Shown here in pieces: positions 13,100 to 24,553 of a stretch of 64,000 bases of DNA (its first letter is position 1; every line of letters starts with the position of its first letter). This DNA is from Malacoraja senta (Eukaryota), in contig CM075992.1 of assembly GCA_038087875.1 (NCBI GenBank), positions 9,426,001-9,490,000 on the forward strand. Reading direction: 5' to 3'. The notes below the pieces were generated by a model. The model saw nothing but the letters and a program-made list of their open reading frames with translations, had not been told where the DNA came from and searched no databases. The translations under genes were made by a program, and so were the position numbers.

Positions 13100-13589
13100 C
13101 AGGGTCGACCTTAGAAGATGCGGGACCCAATTGGGAACAATTTTGGTGAGCCCCAGGTTCCCAGCCAAGGTCTGTAGATTCATAGAAATATAATTAAAGT
13201 CTATTATAGACTTTATATCTCTATGATAGAATGGAAAGTAATCAAAATGTGTGCTTAAAAAGTGCCTGCGGGTTAATGGACCAAATGGGTCTAAGCTACA
13301 TTTTAATATCAAATTGCATACATGTAAGCCTACAAGTAGCAAACAAAATGTGTAGATCACTTCTGAAAAGTATAGTTACAATACCACTTGTTTTAGTGAC
13401 TGAAATGAAAAAAAAAAGTAATTTAATTAACTAGATCCTGGAAAACCAATAACCATTGGTGGAAAAACCAGTCCAGGCATTAAATTTTGGGCTTCAGCCC
13501 CATCTTCTACCCCATCCTAACTTAGTAGTGTGTGTGTGTGTGTGCTAGTTGTCTGAGCGTGATGTGTGTGTGTTAGATGTCTGTGTGTG

Positions 13590-13628
<39 letters not shown>

Positions 13629-14108
13629 AGGAGGAGAGAAGGGAGGGAGGGAAGAAGGGAAGGGAAGGGAGGGAAGAAGGGAAGGAGAGAAGGGAGGGAG
13701 AGGGCCGGTGACAGGAGCGGATGCCGGGGTCCGGGCGGACGGGTGTGAGCTGAGGCCGATGTTTGTAAACGTTGCTCCAACCACCGGCCCGGCCCTCCCT
13801 GTATTGTTCACCGCGTCTCCCCGGGGAGAGAGAGGGGTGGAGCCGGGGCGATGTGCGTGAAGCACGGCGACTGGAGGGGTGGGAGCGCTGCCCCGGGTCC
13901 GTGAGGGAACGACCCACCTCCCCCTTCTCCATTCCCCCTCACACCCCCTTCCCCGTCTACCCCTTCCTTCCCCCTCCACCCCTCTACTCTCTCTCCACCC
14001 CTCTCTCCCTCCTCCACCCAGGGTAGATCTACCCAAGCCGAGAGTAGATTACTCCAGCACGGGGCCCAATTGGGAGCAATTGGTCCAATCGGCTTAACGC
14101 CGGCCCTG
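13100..14108. mobile_element. Non-autonomous hAT transposon inserted in a PLE fragment
   Basis: TIR CAGGGTCGACCTTA / CAGGGCCGGCGTTA(rc); 8-bp TSD GAAGTTAA (13092-13099) / GAAGTTAG (14109-14116); subterminal CCCAATTGGG at both ends. Confidence 0.8.
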
Positions 14109-15446
14109 GAAGTTAGATAAGTCAATGTTCATACCACTGGGCTGTAAGCTGCCCAAGCAAAATATGAGGTGCTGTTCCTCCAATTTGTGCTTAGCCTCAC
14201 TCTGACAACATTCCTTCTCTCCAGAGATGCTGCCTGTCCCGCTGAATTACTCCAGCTTTTGGTGTCTATCTTCAGTTTAAACCAGCATCTGCAGTTCCTT
14301 CCTACACTTAATACTTTACCGAACGGAAGCAGAATACACTGCTGAAAATTAAGCTTCAATCACCTATACACACAGTTTAAGAATAAGGGGTAGGTCCTTT
14401 CGGACGGAGATGAGGAAAAACCTTTTCACCCAGAGAGTTGTGAATCTGCCTCAGAAGGCAGTGGAGGCCACTTCTCTGGATACTGTCAAGAGAGAATTAG
14501 ATGGATTAGATAGAACAGTTTTTATCATCATGCCATAGAAACATAGAAACATAGAAACATAGAAAATAGGTGCAGGAGAAGGCTATTCGGCCCTTCGAGC
14601 CAGTACCGCAATTCATTGTGATCATGGCTGATCGTCCCCTATCAATAACCCGTGCCTGCCTTCTCCCCATATCCCTTGACTCCACTAGCCCCTAGAGCTC
14701 TATCTTACTGTCTCTTAAATCCATCCAGTGACTTGGCCTCCACTGCCCTCTGTGGCAGGGAATTCCACAAATTCACAACTCTCTGGGTGAAAAAGTTTTC
14801 TGTCATCTCAGTCTTAAATGACCTCCCCTTTATTCTAAGACTGGCCCCTGGTTCTGGACTCGCCCAACATTGGGAACATTGGGAACATCAGGCTTCTGAA
14901 CTCATAAACACATCATATATGTTGATTATTTTATTTATTATTGTCTTTTACCCACCAATGTCACTTCTATCTTATCTTTTTTTTAACCTTAATTTTATCC
15001 TTGTAATATCATTGCTGAGGTGACCCGTTGTCTTGTCAAACACATTTCATTGTACCGTTGACCCTGTGTTAACCTACATATGACAAATAAAAAACTGAAC
15101 TGAACTGTTCTCTTAAAGATAGTGGAGTCAGTGGATATAGGGAGAAGGCAGGGACGGGGTACTGATTGTGGGTGATCAGCCATGATCATTTTGGATGATG
15201 TTTTCTATGTTTCTACGTTTCTATAAGGTGAATGATGTTTTTTGAATACAGCTATCCAGGATGAGAGCCGCAGAGGTTAAATTGCTGTGCATCAGGCTGT
15301 CTGTTGACAGCGACATTAGGAATCTCTTTGTACTAGACTCCACAGAGGCACAGCTTTTGCAACCCCTGTCTTATCAGAAACGAGAATCCTGTACCAAGCT
15401 GCAGAGAATAACATCTCCGCTCAAAGATGGCAATTGTAGCGAACTT

Positions 15447-15750
15447 GGGCGGCACGGTGGTGCAGCGGTAGAGTTGCTGCCTTACAACGAATGCAGCGCC
15501 AGAGACCCGGGTTCGATCGTGACTACGGGTGCTGTCTGTACGGAGTTTGTACGTTCTCCCCGTGACCTGTGTGGGTTTTCTCCGAGATCTCCGGTTTCCT
15601 CCCACACTCCAAAGACGTACAGGTTTGTAGGTTAATTGCCTTTGGTAAATGTAAAAATTGTGTGTAGGATAGTGTTAATGTGTGGGGATCGCTGGTCGGC
15701 GCGGACCCGGTGGGCCGAAGGGCATGTTTCCGCGCTGTATCTCTAAACTA
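15447..15750 (+). mobile_element. tRNA-derived V-SINE (HE1-like), near full length
   Basis: A-box TGGTGCAGCGG, B-box GGTTCGATC, V domain and tail. Confidence 0.88.
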
Positions 15751-16204
15751 ATCCATTCTCTGCAACGCCAGTAATTCCATCAATAATCTGCATCCTCCCA
15801 CATCAAGGAGCATTGAAGATGGCTACTCCAGCTTTTTGTGTCTATCTAAAGGGCCAAATCCCCTTCTTCACCATCGTAAGACAATATGACTTTAAGGTCA
15901 TTGTTAAAAACCAATTTACCATTCAAACCTGGACTATTGAAGGCACTGTTGGTGCCGGGAGATGAAGGAGGAAGTAGTGAGACCAGGTCTTGTACTGAAG
16001 AAGGGTCTCAACCTGAAACGTCACCCATTCCTTCTCTCCAGAGATGCTGCCTGTCCCGCTGAGTTACTCCAGCATTCTCTGTCTATCTTCAGGTCTTGTA
16101 CTTGTGGTTAAATGGAGCGATGTGCTCTCAGTGCTGCCCTCTACTGTTCATTCTCTCACTATCCGACTGTCCGACTGCACTTCTGGCCTGGCCGACACTA
16201 TCTA

Positions 16205-16760
16205 AACTGAAGAGAGACCCAAATGCTGGAGTAACTCAGCGGGACAGGCAGCATCTCTGGAGAGCAGGAATGGGCGACGTTTCGGGCCGAGACACTTCTT
16301 CAGACTGAGAGTAACGGGAAAGGGAAAGGAGATATATAGACAGTGATGTAGGGAGATAAAGAACAATGAATGAAAGATATGCAAAAAAGTAATGATGATA
16401 AAGGAAACAGGCCATTGTTAACTGTTTGTTGGGTGAGAACGAGAAGCTGGTGTGACTTGGGTGGGGGAGGGATAGAGAGAGACGGAATGCAGGGGTTACT
16501 TGATCAATACTCATACCACTGGGCTGGTAAGCTACCCAAGCGAAATATGAGATGCTGTTCCTCCAATTTGCATTTAACCTCCCTCTGACAATGGAGGAGG
16601 CCCAGGACAGAAAGGTCAGTGTGGGAATGGGGAGGAGATTTAAAGTGTTTGGCAACCGGGAGATCAGGTAGGTCCAGGCGGACTGAGCGAAGGTGTTCAG
16701 TGAAACGATCGCCCAGGTGATGCCGGTGTATCAGAGTCCACATCTTGAACAATGGACACA
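16205..16760 (-). mobile_element. PLE 3' fragment (GIY-YIG C-terminus plus pLTR)
   Basis: LGDRFTEHLRSVR..PVAKHF..KLEEQHLIFRLGSL followed by the terminal repeat. Confidence 0.8.
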
Positions 16761-18583
16761 GTAGAGGTGCAAGTGTTAAACTGCTATTGGTGTGATGCTG
16801 AGACATTGTTCATGCCATAAAAAAAAATTATTCCCGGTGACTGGGCTAACTTTAATCTTTCTGTCAATCCAAATGTACAGATTATGTTGGAAGGAACTGC
16901 AGATGCTGGTTTAAATCGAGGGTAGACATAAAATGCTGGAGTAACTCAGCGGGATAGGCAGCATCTCTGGAAAGAAGGGATGGGCGACGTTTTGGGTGGA
17001 GACTCTTCTTCAGGCTGACGACTGATGATCAGTCTGGAGAAGGGTCCCCACCTGAAACGTCACCCACTCCTTCTCTCCAGAGATGCTGCCTGTCCCACTG
17101 TCCCACTCCAGCGTTTTGTGTCTACCTTCCTTTTTATATCTCTTTGAATGTACAGATTAACTGTGTCTTTCCTTTCTTTGGTCCTTACACGGCAAAACTC
17201 ACTGAGAAAATCCTCCTGCTTGATGTCATTTGTGCCTCGGCCTTGATCTACTTGCCTGCATTGACAGCACAGACTCACACTGGGATCAGCTCCACCGACT
17301 CCAGACCTTGTAGATACCCTCGCGAGTTGCCTGGGAACACGAGATTACACCTCAAACACATAGATCTTCGACAGAAAAATATCTTGCAGGGATCTCAAAC
17401 TTGTGCAAGGGGCGATCTAGTCTTTAGCTGAATCACAAGGCTGACAAAGCGAAATCTAGATGTATTCAAGAGAGTTCGATTTAGCTCTTAGGGTTAACAA
17501 AATCAGGGGATATGGGGAGAAAGCAGGAACGGGGTACTGATTTTGGATGATCAGCCATGACCATATTGAATGGCGGTGCTGGCTCGAAGGGCCAAATGGC
17601 CTACTCCTGCACCTATTGTCTATGTTTCTATGTTTCTCGATGAATGAGGCTTTGTTGTTGGATAAAAATGGGTGTAGGAGTAGATGTGACACAGAACACA
17701 GAACACAGCAACACTTCAGCCCATCGAGCGAGCGGGCAGACTGGACTTTGGACTTGTGGAAATGGCGCCAAAACAAGGTGATGCCCGCATGTAAAAAGAA
17801 TTTCACTGTGCGGTTGCACATGTGGCAATATCTGTGTTGAACATGATTGCAAGACCAACTTATCTGCCTCCACATGATCCATATCCCTCCATTCCTTGCA
17901 TATCCTAAACCTTCTTAAACACCACTATGGTATCTGCCTCCACCACCACCCCTGGCAGCGCGTTGCAGGCACCCACCACCCTCTGTGTAAAAACTTGCCC
18001 CACACATCCCCTTTAAACTTTGCCCCTCTCACTTACCGCTATGACCTCTGGTCTTGGACATTTCCATCTTGGGAAAAAGGATCTGACTGTCTACCCTATC
18101 TATGCCTCTCATAATTGTATTTACAATTTTTGCCGAAGCCAATTAACCTAAAAACCTGCACATCTTTGGAGTGTGGGAAGAAACCAGAGCACCCGGGGAA
18201 AGCCCACGCGGTCACAGGGAGAAGGTACAAACTCCGTACAGACAGCACCCGTAGTCAGGATGGAACCCGGGTCTCTGGCGCTGTGAGGCAGCAACTCTAC
18301 CGCTGCGCCACCCTGCCGAAGTTCGATAACAGCAGCTTCCATTGGATGAACAAGATTCAGCTTGAACTTTAGTAACCTTGCTCTGAGGTGACAGACAGTC
18401 ACAGATGAACACTGGCTCCAGCTTGCTCACCCAGGTGTTGCAACACTCCACTTATTCACTAACACAGTGCTGTCATTGGGGACATTCTTCAGCTGACTTA
18501 CCCGCACCATCCCCAATGACACACCCAGAGCCACATCACACCTGCAATACGAGTTTTTTAAATTCTCACCTTTCTAACCAAAA

Positions 18584-18896
18584 GGGCAGCACGGTGGCGC
18601 AGCGGTAGAGTTGCTGCTTGACAACGCCAGAGACCCGGGCTCCATCCTGACTACAGCTGCTGCCTCTACAGAGTTTGTACGTTCTCCCCGTGACCTGCGT
18701 GGGTTTTCTCCGGGTGCTCCGGTTTCCTCCCACACTCCAGAGACGTACAATTTGTAGGTTAATTGGCTTGGTATAAATGGAAATTGTCCCTAGTGTGTGT
18801 CGGATAGTGTTAGTGTGCGGGGATCGCTTGTCGGTGCAGACTCGGCGGGCCGAAGGGCCTGTTTCCGCGCTGTATCTCTAATCTAAACTAAACTGA
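18584..18896 (+). mobile_element. tRNA-derived V-SINE (HE1-like), near full length
   Basis: Same head, V-domain and tail architecture as the other copies. Confidence 0.88.
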
Positions 18897-19035
18897 ACAA
18901 ATGTCACTGAGGACTGAGCCTCTCGAACCCTGTAACCAGTTCTGACCCTGTGGCCCCTAACTAACGCACCTCCGCTCCTTCCCAACAGCAGACCCTATAG
19001 CCACGCTCCCAAGAGTCAAGAGTGTTTAATTGTCA

Positions 19036-19782
19036 AAGGTACACAAAAATGCTGGAGAAACTCAGCGGGTGCAGCAGCATCTATGGAGCGAAGGAAATAG
19101 GTAACGTTTCGGGCCGAAACCCTTCTTCAGACTGATAGGGGGTGGGGAGAAGAAAGGAAAAAAGGAAAAGGAGGAGGAGGAGCCCGAGGGTTGGGGGAGG
19201 GGAGGAGACAACCAGATGGCTGATGAAGGGGAGGGGACAGCCAGGGCTAGCAGAATTGGGAGAATTCAACGTTCAGGCCACCAGGGTGTAGACTGCCCAA
19301 GCGGAATATGAGGTGCATTTCCTCCAATTTACGGTGTTGCTCGCTGTGGCCATGGAGGAGACCCAGGACAGAGAGGTCAGATACGGAATGGGAGGGGGAG
19401 TTGAAGTGCTGAGCCACCGGGAGTTCAGGTTGGTTATTGCGGACCGACCGGAGGTGTTCGGCGAAACGATCGCCAAGCCTCCGCTTGGTCTCACCGATGT
19501 AGATCAGCTGGCATCTAGAGCAGCGAATGCAATAGATGAGGTTGGAGGAGATGCAGGTGAACCTCTGTCGCACCTGGAACGACTGCTTGGGTCCTGGAAT
19601 GGAGTGGAGGGGGGAAGTGAAGGGACAAGTGTTGCATCTCTTGCGGTTGCAAGGGAAAGTACCAGGGGAGGGGGTGGTATGGGAGGGAAGGGAAGAATTG
19701 ACAAGGGAGTTACGGAGGGAGCGGTCTTTGCGGAAGGCAGACATAGGGGGAGATGGGAAGATGTGGCGAGTGGTGGGGTCAC
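19036..19782 (-). mobile_element. Penelope-like element (Neptune-type) lacking RT: Cys-rich linker, GIY-YIG endonuclease and pLTR
   Basis: Open frame 19247-19744 CNRKRCNTC..NLIYCIRCSRCQLIYIGETKRRLGDRFAEH..GLN; 14-bp target duplication GTGTTTAATTGTCA at 19022-19035 and 19783-19796. Confidence 0.9.
19103..19130 (-). ncRNA. Minimal type I hammerhead ribozyme motif
   Basis: rc = CTGAAGA-A-GGGT[TTCG]GCCC-GAAA-CG-TT, located 3' of the GIY-YIG ORF. Confidence 0.7.
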
Positions 19783-19963
19783 GTGTTTAATTGTCATATG
19801 TACCGACTGCGGAACCATGAAATTCTTAATTGCAGCCGCTTAACAGGTCTGTAAACAGAGCAGACATCGAAAATATAAAATACACAAACAAAATCAATAA
19901 ATTAATAACCCCAATATGTACAAATATGCCTGTAGTTAGTGCAACTAAGTTCATTGTTTAGTT

Positions 19964-20146
19964 TAAGAAGGAACTGCAGAAGCTGGAAAATCGAAGGTAG
20001 ACAAAAATGCTGGAGAAACTCAGCGGGTGAGGCAGCATCTATGGAGCAAAGGAAATAGGCAACGTTTCAGCCCGAAACGTTGCCTATTTCCTTCGCTCCA
20101 TAGATGCTGCCTCACCCGCTGAGTTTCTCCAGCATTTTTGTCTACC
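19964..20146. mobile_element. PLE fold-back
   Basis: Near-perfect palindrome centred on AACGTTTCAGCCCGAAACGTT; flanks TTCATTGTTTAGTT / TTCATTGTTTCGTT. Confidence 0.8.
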
Positions 20147-20246
20147 TTCATTGTTTCGTTAGTGTGTAGTGTTCAAGAACCTGATGGTCACGGTTTTCAG
20201 ACTCCTGTCCCTTCTTCCCAATGATAGACAAAAAATGCTGGAGTTA

Positions 20247-20655
20247 AGGGCCTGCCCCACGGGCATGCGACTCCATGTGGCAAGCGCGACTCCATGCGGA
20301 GGTCGCGTGGCCGGTCCCACTTCGATCGCCGGAGCCGTATGGAGTTGTGCGGAGCTGGTCCCGACATCGCGCGGGGCTCTGAAAAACTGACACTGTTCAA
20401 AAATTTCCGTGCGGCAACGGCCTGCCGCCCCGCAGCCGCATCGCGGCCGTGCGCACCGCCTCGCCGCCGTACGCACCGTCTTGATGTCACTCGACCTCCG
20501 CGCGGCCCCCGCTTCCGGTTAGGTCGCGCTTGCTGCATGCAGCCACATGCTGGTGGGACCGGCCCTGTACAGGGATCACTCGACCTCCGCGCGGCCCCCG
20601 CTTGCGGTTAGGTCGCGCTTGCCGCATGGAGTCGCACGCCCGTGGGACAGGCCCT
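20247..20655. mobile_element. PIF/Harbinger-type MITE (CpG-rich) inserted in a PLE pLTR
   Basis: TTA|AGGGCCTGCCCCACGGGC...GCCCGTGGGACAGGCCCT|TAA splits GCTGGAGTAACTCAGC. Confidence 0.85.
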
Positions 20656-21840
20656 TAACTCAGCGGGCCAGGCAGCATCTCTGGAGAGAAGGAATGGGCG
20701 ACGTTTCGGGTGGAGACCCTTCTTCAGACGCTGCCTGTCCAGCTGAGTTACTCCAGCATTTTGTGTCTATTTTCGGTTTAAACCAGCATCTGCAGTTCCT
20801 TCCTGTGCCCTTCTTGCCGATGGCAGGAGTGAAGTGAGAGCGTGGCCAGGTTGGTGTGGACTTAATCTGTGGCAATCAAATGTAAAACTGCAGACACTGG
20901 GGCCTCTGTAAGTCACTCTCTGAAACTTTCCCTGACTCTCCGCTAAGCTCTTTAAAACCAACCTTACACACCTAAAGGTGTAAATGTGTGGCTGGTGTCA
21001 CGTTTTATCCACTGACTTTGCTGCAAATTTTCTTGGAGCGTTATATGGCATGAAAAATCACCAGTTATCACTGGGTTAACATTTAAACTATGTGCAACAG
21101 TCCCATGACCCTCTGACTGTTTTTGCGCCATTCTGTGCAAAATAAGCTAATTGAATTGAATTAAATACTTAAATCCAGTAATACACTTTAATTAGAACAT
21201 ATTACTGGATTGGGACATTTTAAGGATTAGTTTAGCTTAGTATAGATTAGAGATGCAGCATGGAAACAGGCCCTTCGGCCCACCGAGTCCCATGCCGACC
21301 ATTGATCATCCGTTCACGCTAGTTCTATGTTATCCCATTTTAGCATTACACACTAGGAGCAGTTTTACAGAGGGCCAATTAACCTACAAACCTGCATGTC
21401 TTTGGGATTCTCCAATAGATTGTAAATTTATCTTTTCTTTGTTTATTTCTGTACTTTGGCATTTCAGTTTTGGAGATTCAACATGGAAACAGGACCTTTC
21501 TGCCCGCCGCGTCCACGCCGACCATCCGTCGCCCGTTCACACTAGTTCCATGTTATCCCCCTTTCTAATCGACTCCCTGCACACTAGGGACAATTTACAG
21601 AGGGTCAATTAACCTACAAACCCTTTGGGATGTGGAAGGTAACCGGAGCACCCAGAGGAAACCCATGCGTTCACAGGGAGAACGTGCAAACTCCACAGAG
21701 ACGGCACCTGAGGTCAGGAACGAACCCGGGTCTCTGGTGCTGTGACTGTGTAACAAAGATATTCCATCAGTTTTCCATCAGGAATCCCAGAAGGTGAGCC
21801 TTCGACCTTTTTTTAAGTCTGAAGAAGGGACCGGACCCGA

Positions 21841-22363
21841 ATCGTCACCTATCCATGTTCTCCACAGATGCTGCCTGACCTGCTGAGTTACTCCAGCACT
21901 CTGTGAAACATCACCTATCAATGTTCTCCACAGATGCTGCCTGACCCGCTGAGTTACTCCAGCACTCTGTGAAACATCACCTATCCATGTTCTCCACAGA
22001 TGCTGCCTGACTCACCGAGTTACTCCAGCACTCTGTGAAACGTCACCTATCCATGTTCTCCACAGATGCTGCCTGACTCACCGAGTTACTCCAGCACTCT
22101 GTGAAACGTCACCTATCCATGTTCTCCACAGATGCTGCCTGACCCGCTGAGTTACTCCAGCACTCTGTGAAACATCACCTATCCATGTTCTCCACAGATG
22201 CTGCCTGACTCACCGAGTTACTCCAGCACTCTGTGAAACGTCACCTATCCATGTTCTCCACAGATGCTGCCTGACCCGCTGAGTTACTCCAGCACTCTGT
22301 GAAACGTCACCTATCCATGTTCTCCACAGATGCTGCCTGACTCACCGAGTTACTCCAGCACTC
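21841..22363 (+). repeat. 66-bp tandem repeat x8 derived from PLE pLTR
   Basis: TCACCT recurs at 21845, 21911, 21977, 22043, 22109, 22175, 22241 and 22307. Confidence 0.95.
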
Positions 22364-22929
22364 GGTGTCCCTTTTTTAAATGTCTGTTGCAAGTGGATGG
22401 TTGCAACACACGGATGAGTGATGTTCCTTCTATTCCTGGCTCCATCACGGGAGGAGATTCCCAGGTGGATAGGTGGCAGGATTCGAGGATATGCCTAATG
22501 CAACATCCTGACTGTCTCCTGGGAACCTCTGGCCCACGGCTGTTCAAGGTGGAGTGGGAGTGTTTGGGATGGGACTATTTTTCTTCTTCTTGCATATGGC
22601 GTGCACAGCCTAAAGCCGTGGGACAACTTGTTCTATTTGATCTGATTTGATTGCATTCGTCGAAACAGCGCGGACCACGTGAAGGTTGGGACTGAGAAGC
22701 ACGGACCCTGGAAAGATCTAACAACCACACCCGACACCGTACCACTGGAGAGCTTGCCATTTCAGGCTGCCAATCCGGGTTTCTCCAAAACTCACGCTGC
22801 CTCGGCAAGGCCAGCAGCATAATCAAGGACCAGTCTCACCCCGGCCACTCCCTCTTCTCCCCTCTCCCATCAGGCAAGAGGTACAGAAGTGTGAAAACGC
22901 ACACCTCCAGATTCACGGACAGTTTCAAC

Positions 22930-23324
22930 CAAAGATCCTATAGCAAGCAAGATAGTCCACTCGACAAAAAAGACATAGTACGGTCATGGGCAGATTCAAG
23001 GATAATTTTCTGCCCCATTTCCGTAACCGGCTTCCGTCTCCGCACCAAAGATCCCATAGGATAATCGTGCGGAGACGGAAGCTGGTTACGGAAACATCCT
23101 CGTAAAAATAAAAGTTATTTGGTAAAAATCTTCTCTTCATTTTCAGAATTTTAATTTATTAACACAAACTGTTCCCCCGCAACGTTGATTACACTGCGAG
23201 TCGGGTCGGGTCTGGTTATGGAAATGGATGAAAAAAAGACCCACGTTCCGCTCCGTTGCGTACTACACGTCAGCCCATTGCATTTAGCAGGAGAGGTCTA
23301 TCTTGCTCCGCTATAGGATCTTTG
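22930..23324. mobile_element. Non-autonomous DNA transposon (P- or hAT-type) inside a Rex1/Babar tail
   Basis: TIR CAAAGATCCTATAGC..AGCAAGATAG at both ends; TSD GTTTCAAC / TTTTCAAC. Confidence 0.8.
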
Positions 23325-23838
23325 TTTTCAACCCAGATGTTATCAGGCAACTGAACCAGTGCCAATGAGCTCTGGTGGAAGTATATAATATTATGTGCAG
23401 CATAGACAAGGTAGGCAGTCAGAAACAATGTCCCAGGGTGGAAATGTCAAAAATTAAACAGCATAACTTTAAGGAGAGAGGGGCAAGTTTAAAGATGTTC
23501 GGGGCAAGTTTTTTACACAGAGGGTAGTAACTGGAACACACTGACAGGTGGAGGCGGATACGATAATGGTGTTTAAGAGGGTTTTCGATAGGCACATGGA
23601 TATACAAGGAATGGAGGGATATAGATCACGTGCAGGCAAGGGAGATCAGTTTAATGTGGCGTCATGTTCGGTACAGACATTGTGGGCCAAATGGCCTGTT
23701 CCTACACTGTACTGTTCTATGTTCTATGTATATTGGAGAATGTTAGCCTCTCATGGAAGGCAATGGACAGTCTCTTTGTGACTGTGAAAGTTGACGGACC
23801 CAAGGGTTTAGACGGCTACGGTGCCAAATGCAGCCAAA

Positions 23839-24553
23839 ACCCACCACTCGCCACATCTTCCCATCTCCTCCCCTGTCTGCTATCCACAAAGACTGCTCCC
23901 TCCGTAACTCCCTGGTCAATTCGTCCCTTCCCACCCGCACCACCCCCTCCCCGGGCACTTTCCCTTGCAACCGCAAGAGATGCTACACTTGTCGCTTTAC
24001 CTCCACCCTTGACTCCATCCAAGGACCCAAGCAGTCGTTCCAGGTGCGACCGAGGTTCACCTGCATCTCCTCCAACCTCATCTATTGCATCCGCTGCTCT
24101 AGATGTCAGCTGATCTACATCGGTGAGACCAAGCGTAGGCTTGGCGATCGCTTCGCCCAACACCTCCGCTCGGTCCGCAAGAACCAACCTGGTCTCCCAG
24201 TGGCTCAGCACTTCAACTCCCCCTCCCATTCCGAATCCGACCTTTCTGTCCTGGGCCTCCTCCATGGCCAGAGTGAGGACCACCAGAAATTGGAGGAGCA
24301 GCACTTCATATTCCGCTTGGGCAGTCTGTACCCCAGCGGTATGAACATTGACCTCCAATTTCAGGTAGTCCCTGCTGTCTCCTCCCCTTCTCAGCTCTCC
24401 CTCAGCCCTCTGGCTCCTCCTCTTCCTTTCTTCTTCCAGCCCACCCCCCCCCCACATCAGTCTGAAGAAGGGTTTCGGCCCGAAACGCTGCCTACTTCCT
24501 TCACTCCATAGATGCTGCCGCACCCGCTGAGTTTTTCCAGCATTTTTGTCTAC
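23839..24553 (+). mobile_element. Penelope-like element lacking RT: GIY-YIG and pLTR
   Basis: CNRKRCYTC..LIYCIRCSRCQLIYIGETKRR; flanked by CAGCCAAA at 23831-23838 and 24554-24561. Confidence 0.9.

Noticed and set aside
13700..13912. Host CpG-island promoter
   Set aside because: It lies inside a hAT element with TIRs and an 8-bp TSD. The CpG-rich blocks at 20247 and 44313 are likewise MITEs.
19247..19744. Domesticated host GIY-YIG nuclease or homing endonuclease
   Set aside because: It is multi-copy, has no ATG start, and is bounded by a pLTR and target duplication, so it is a PLE fragment.
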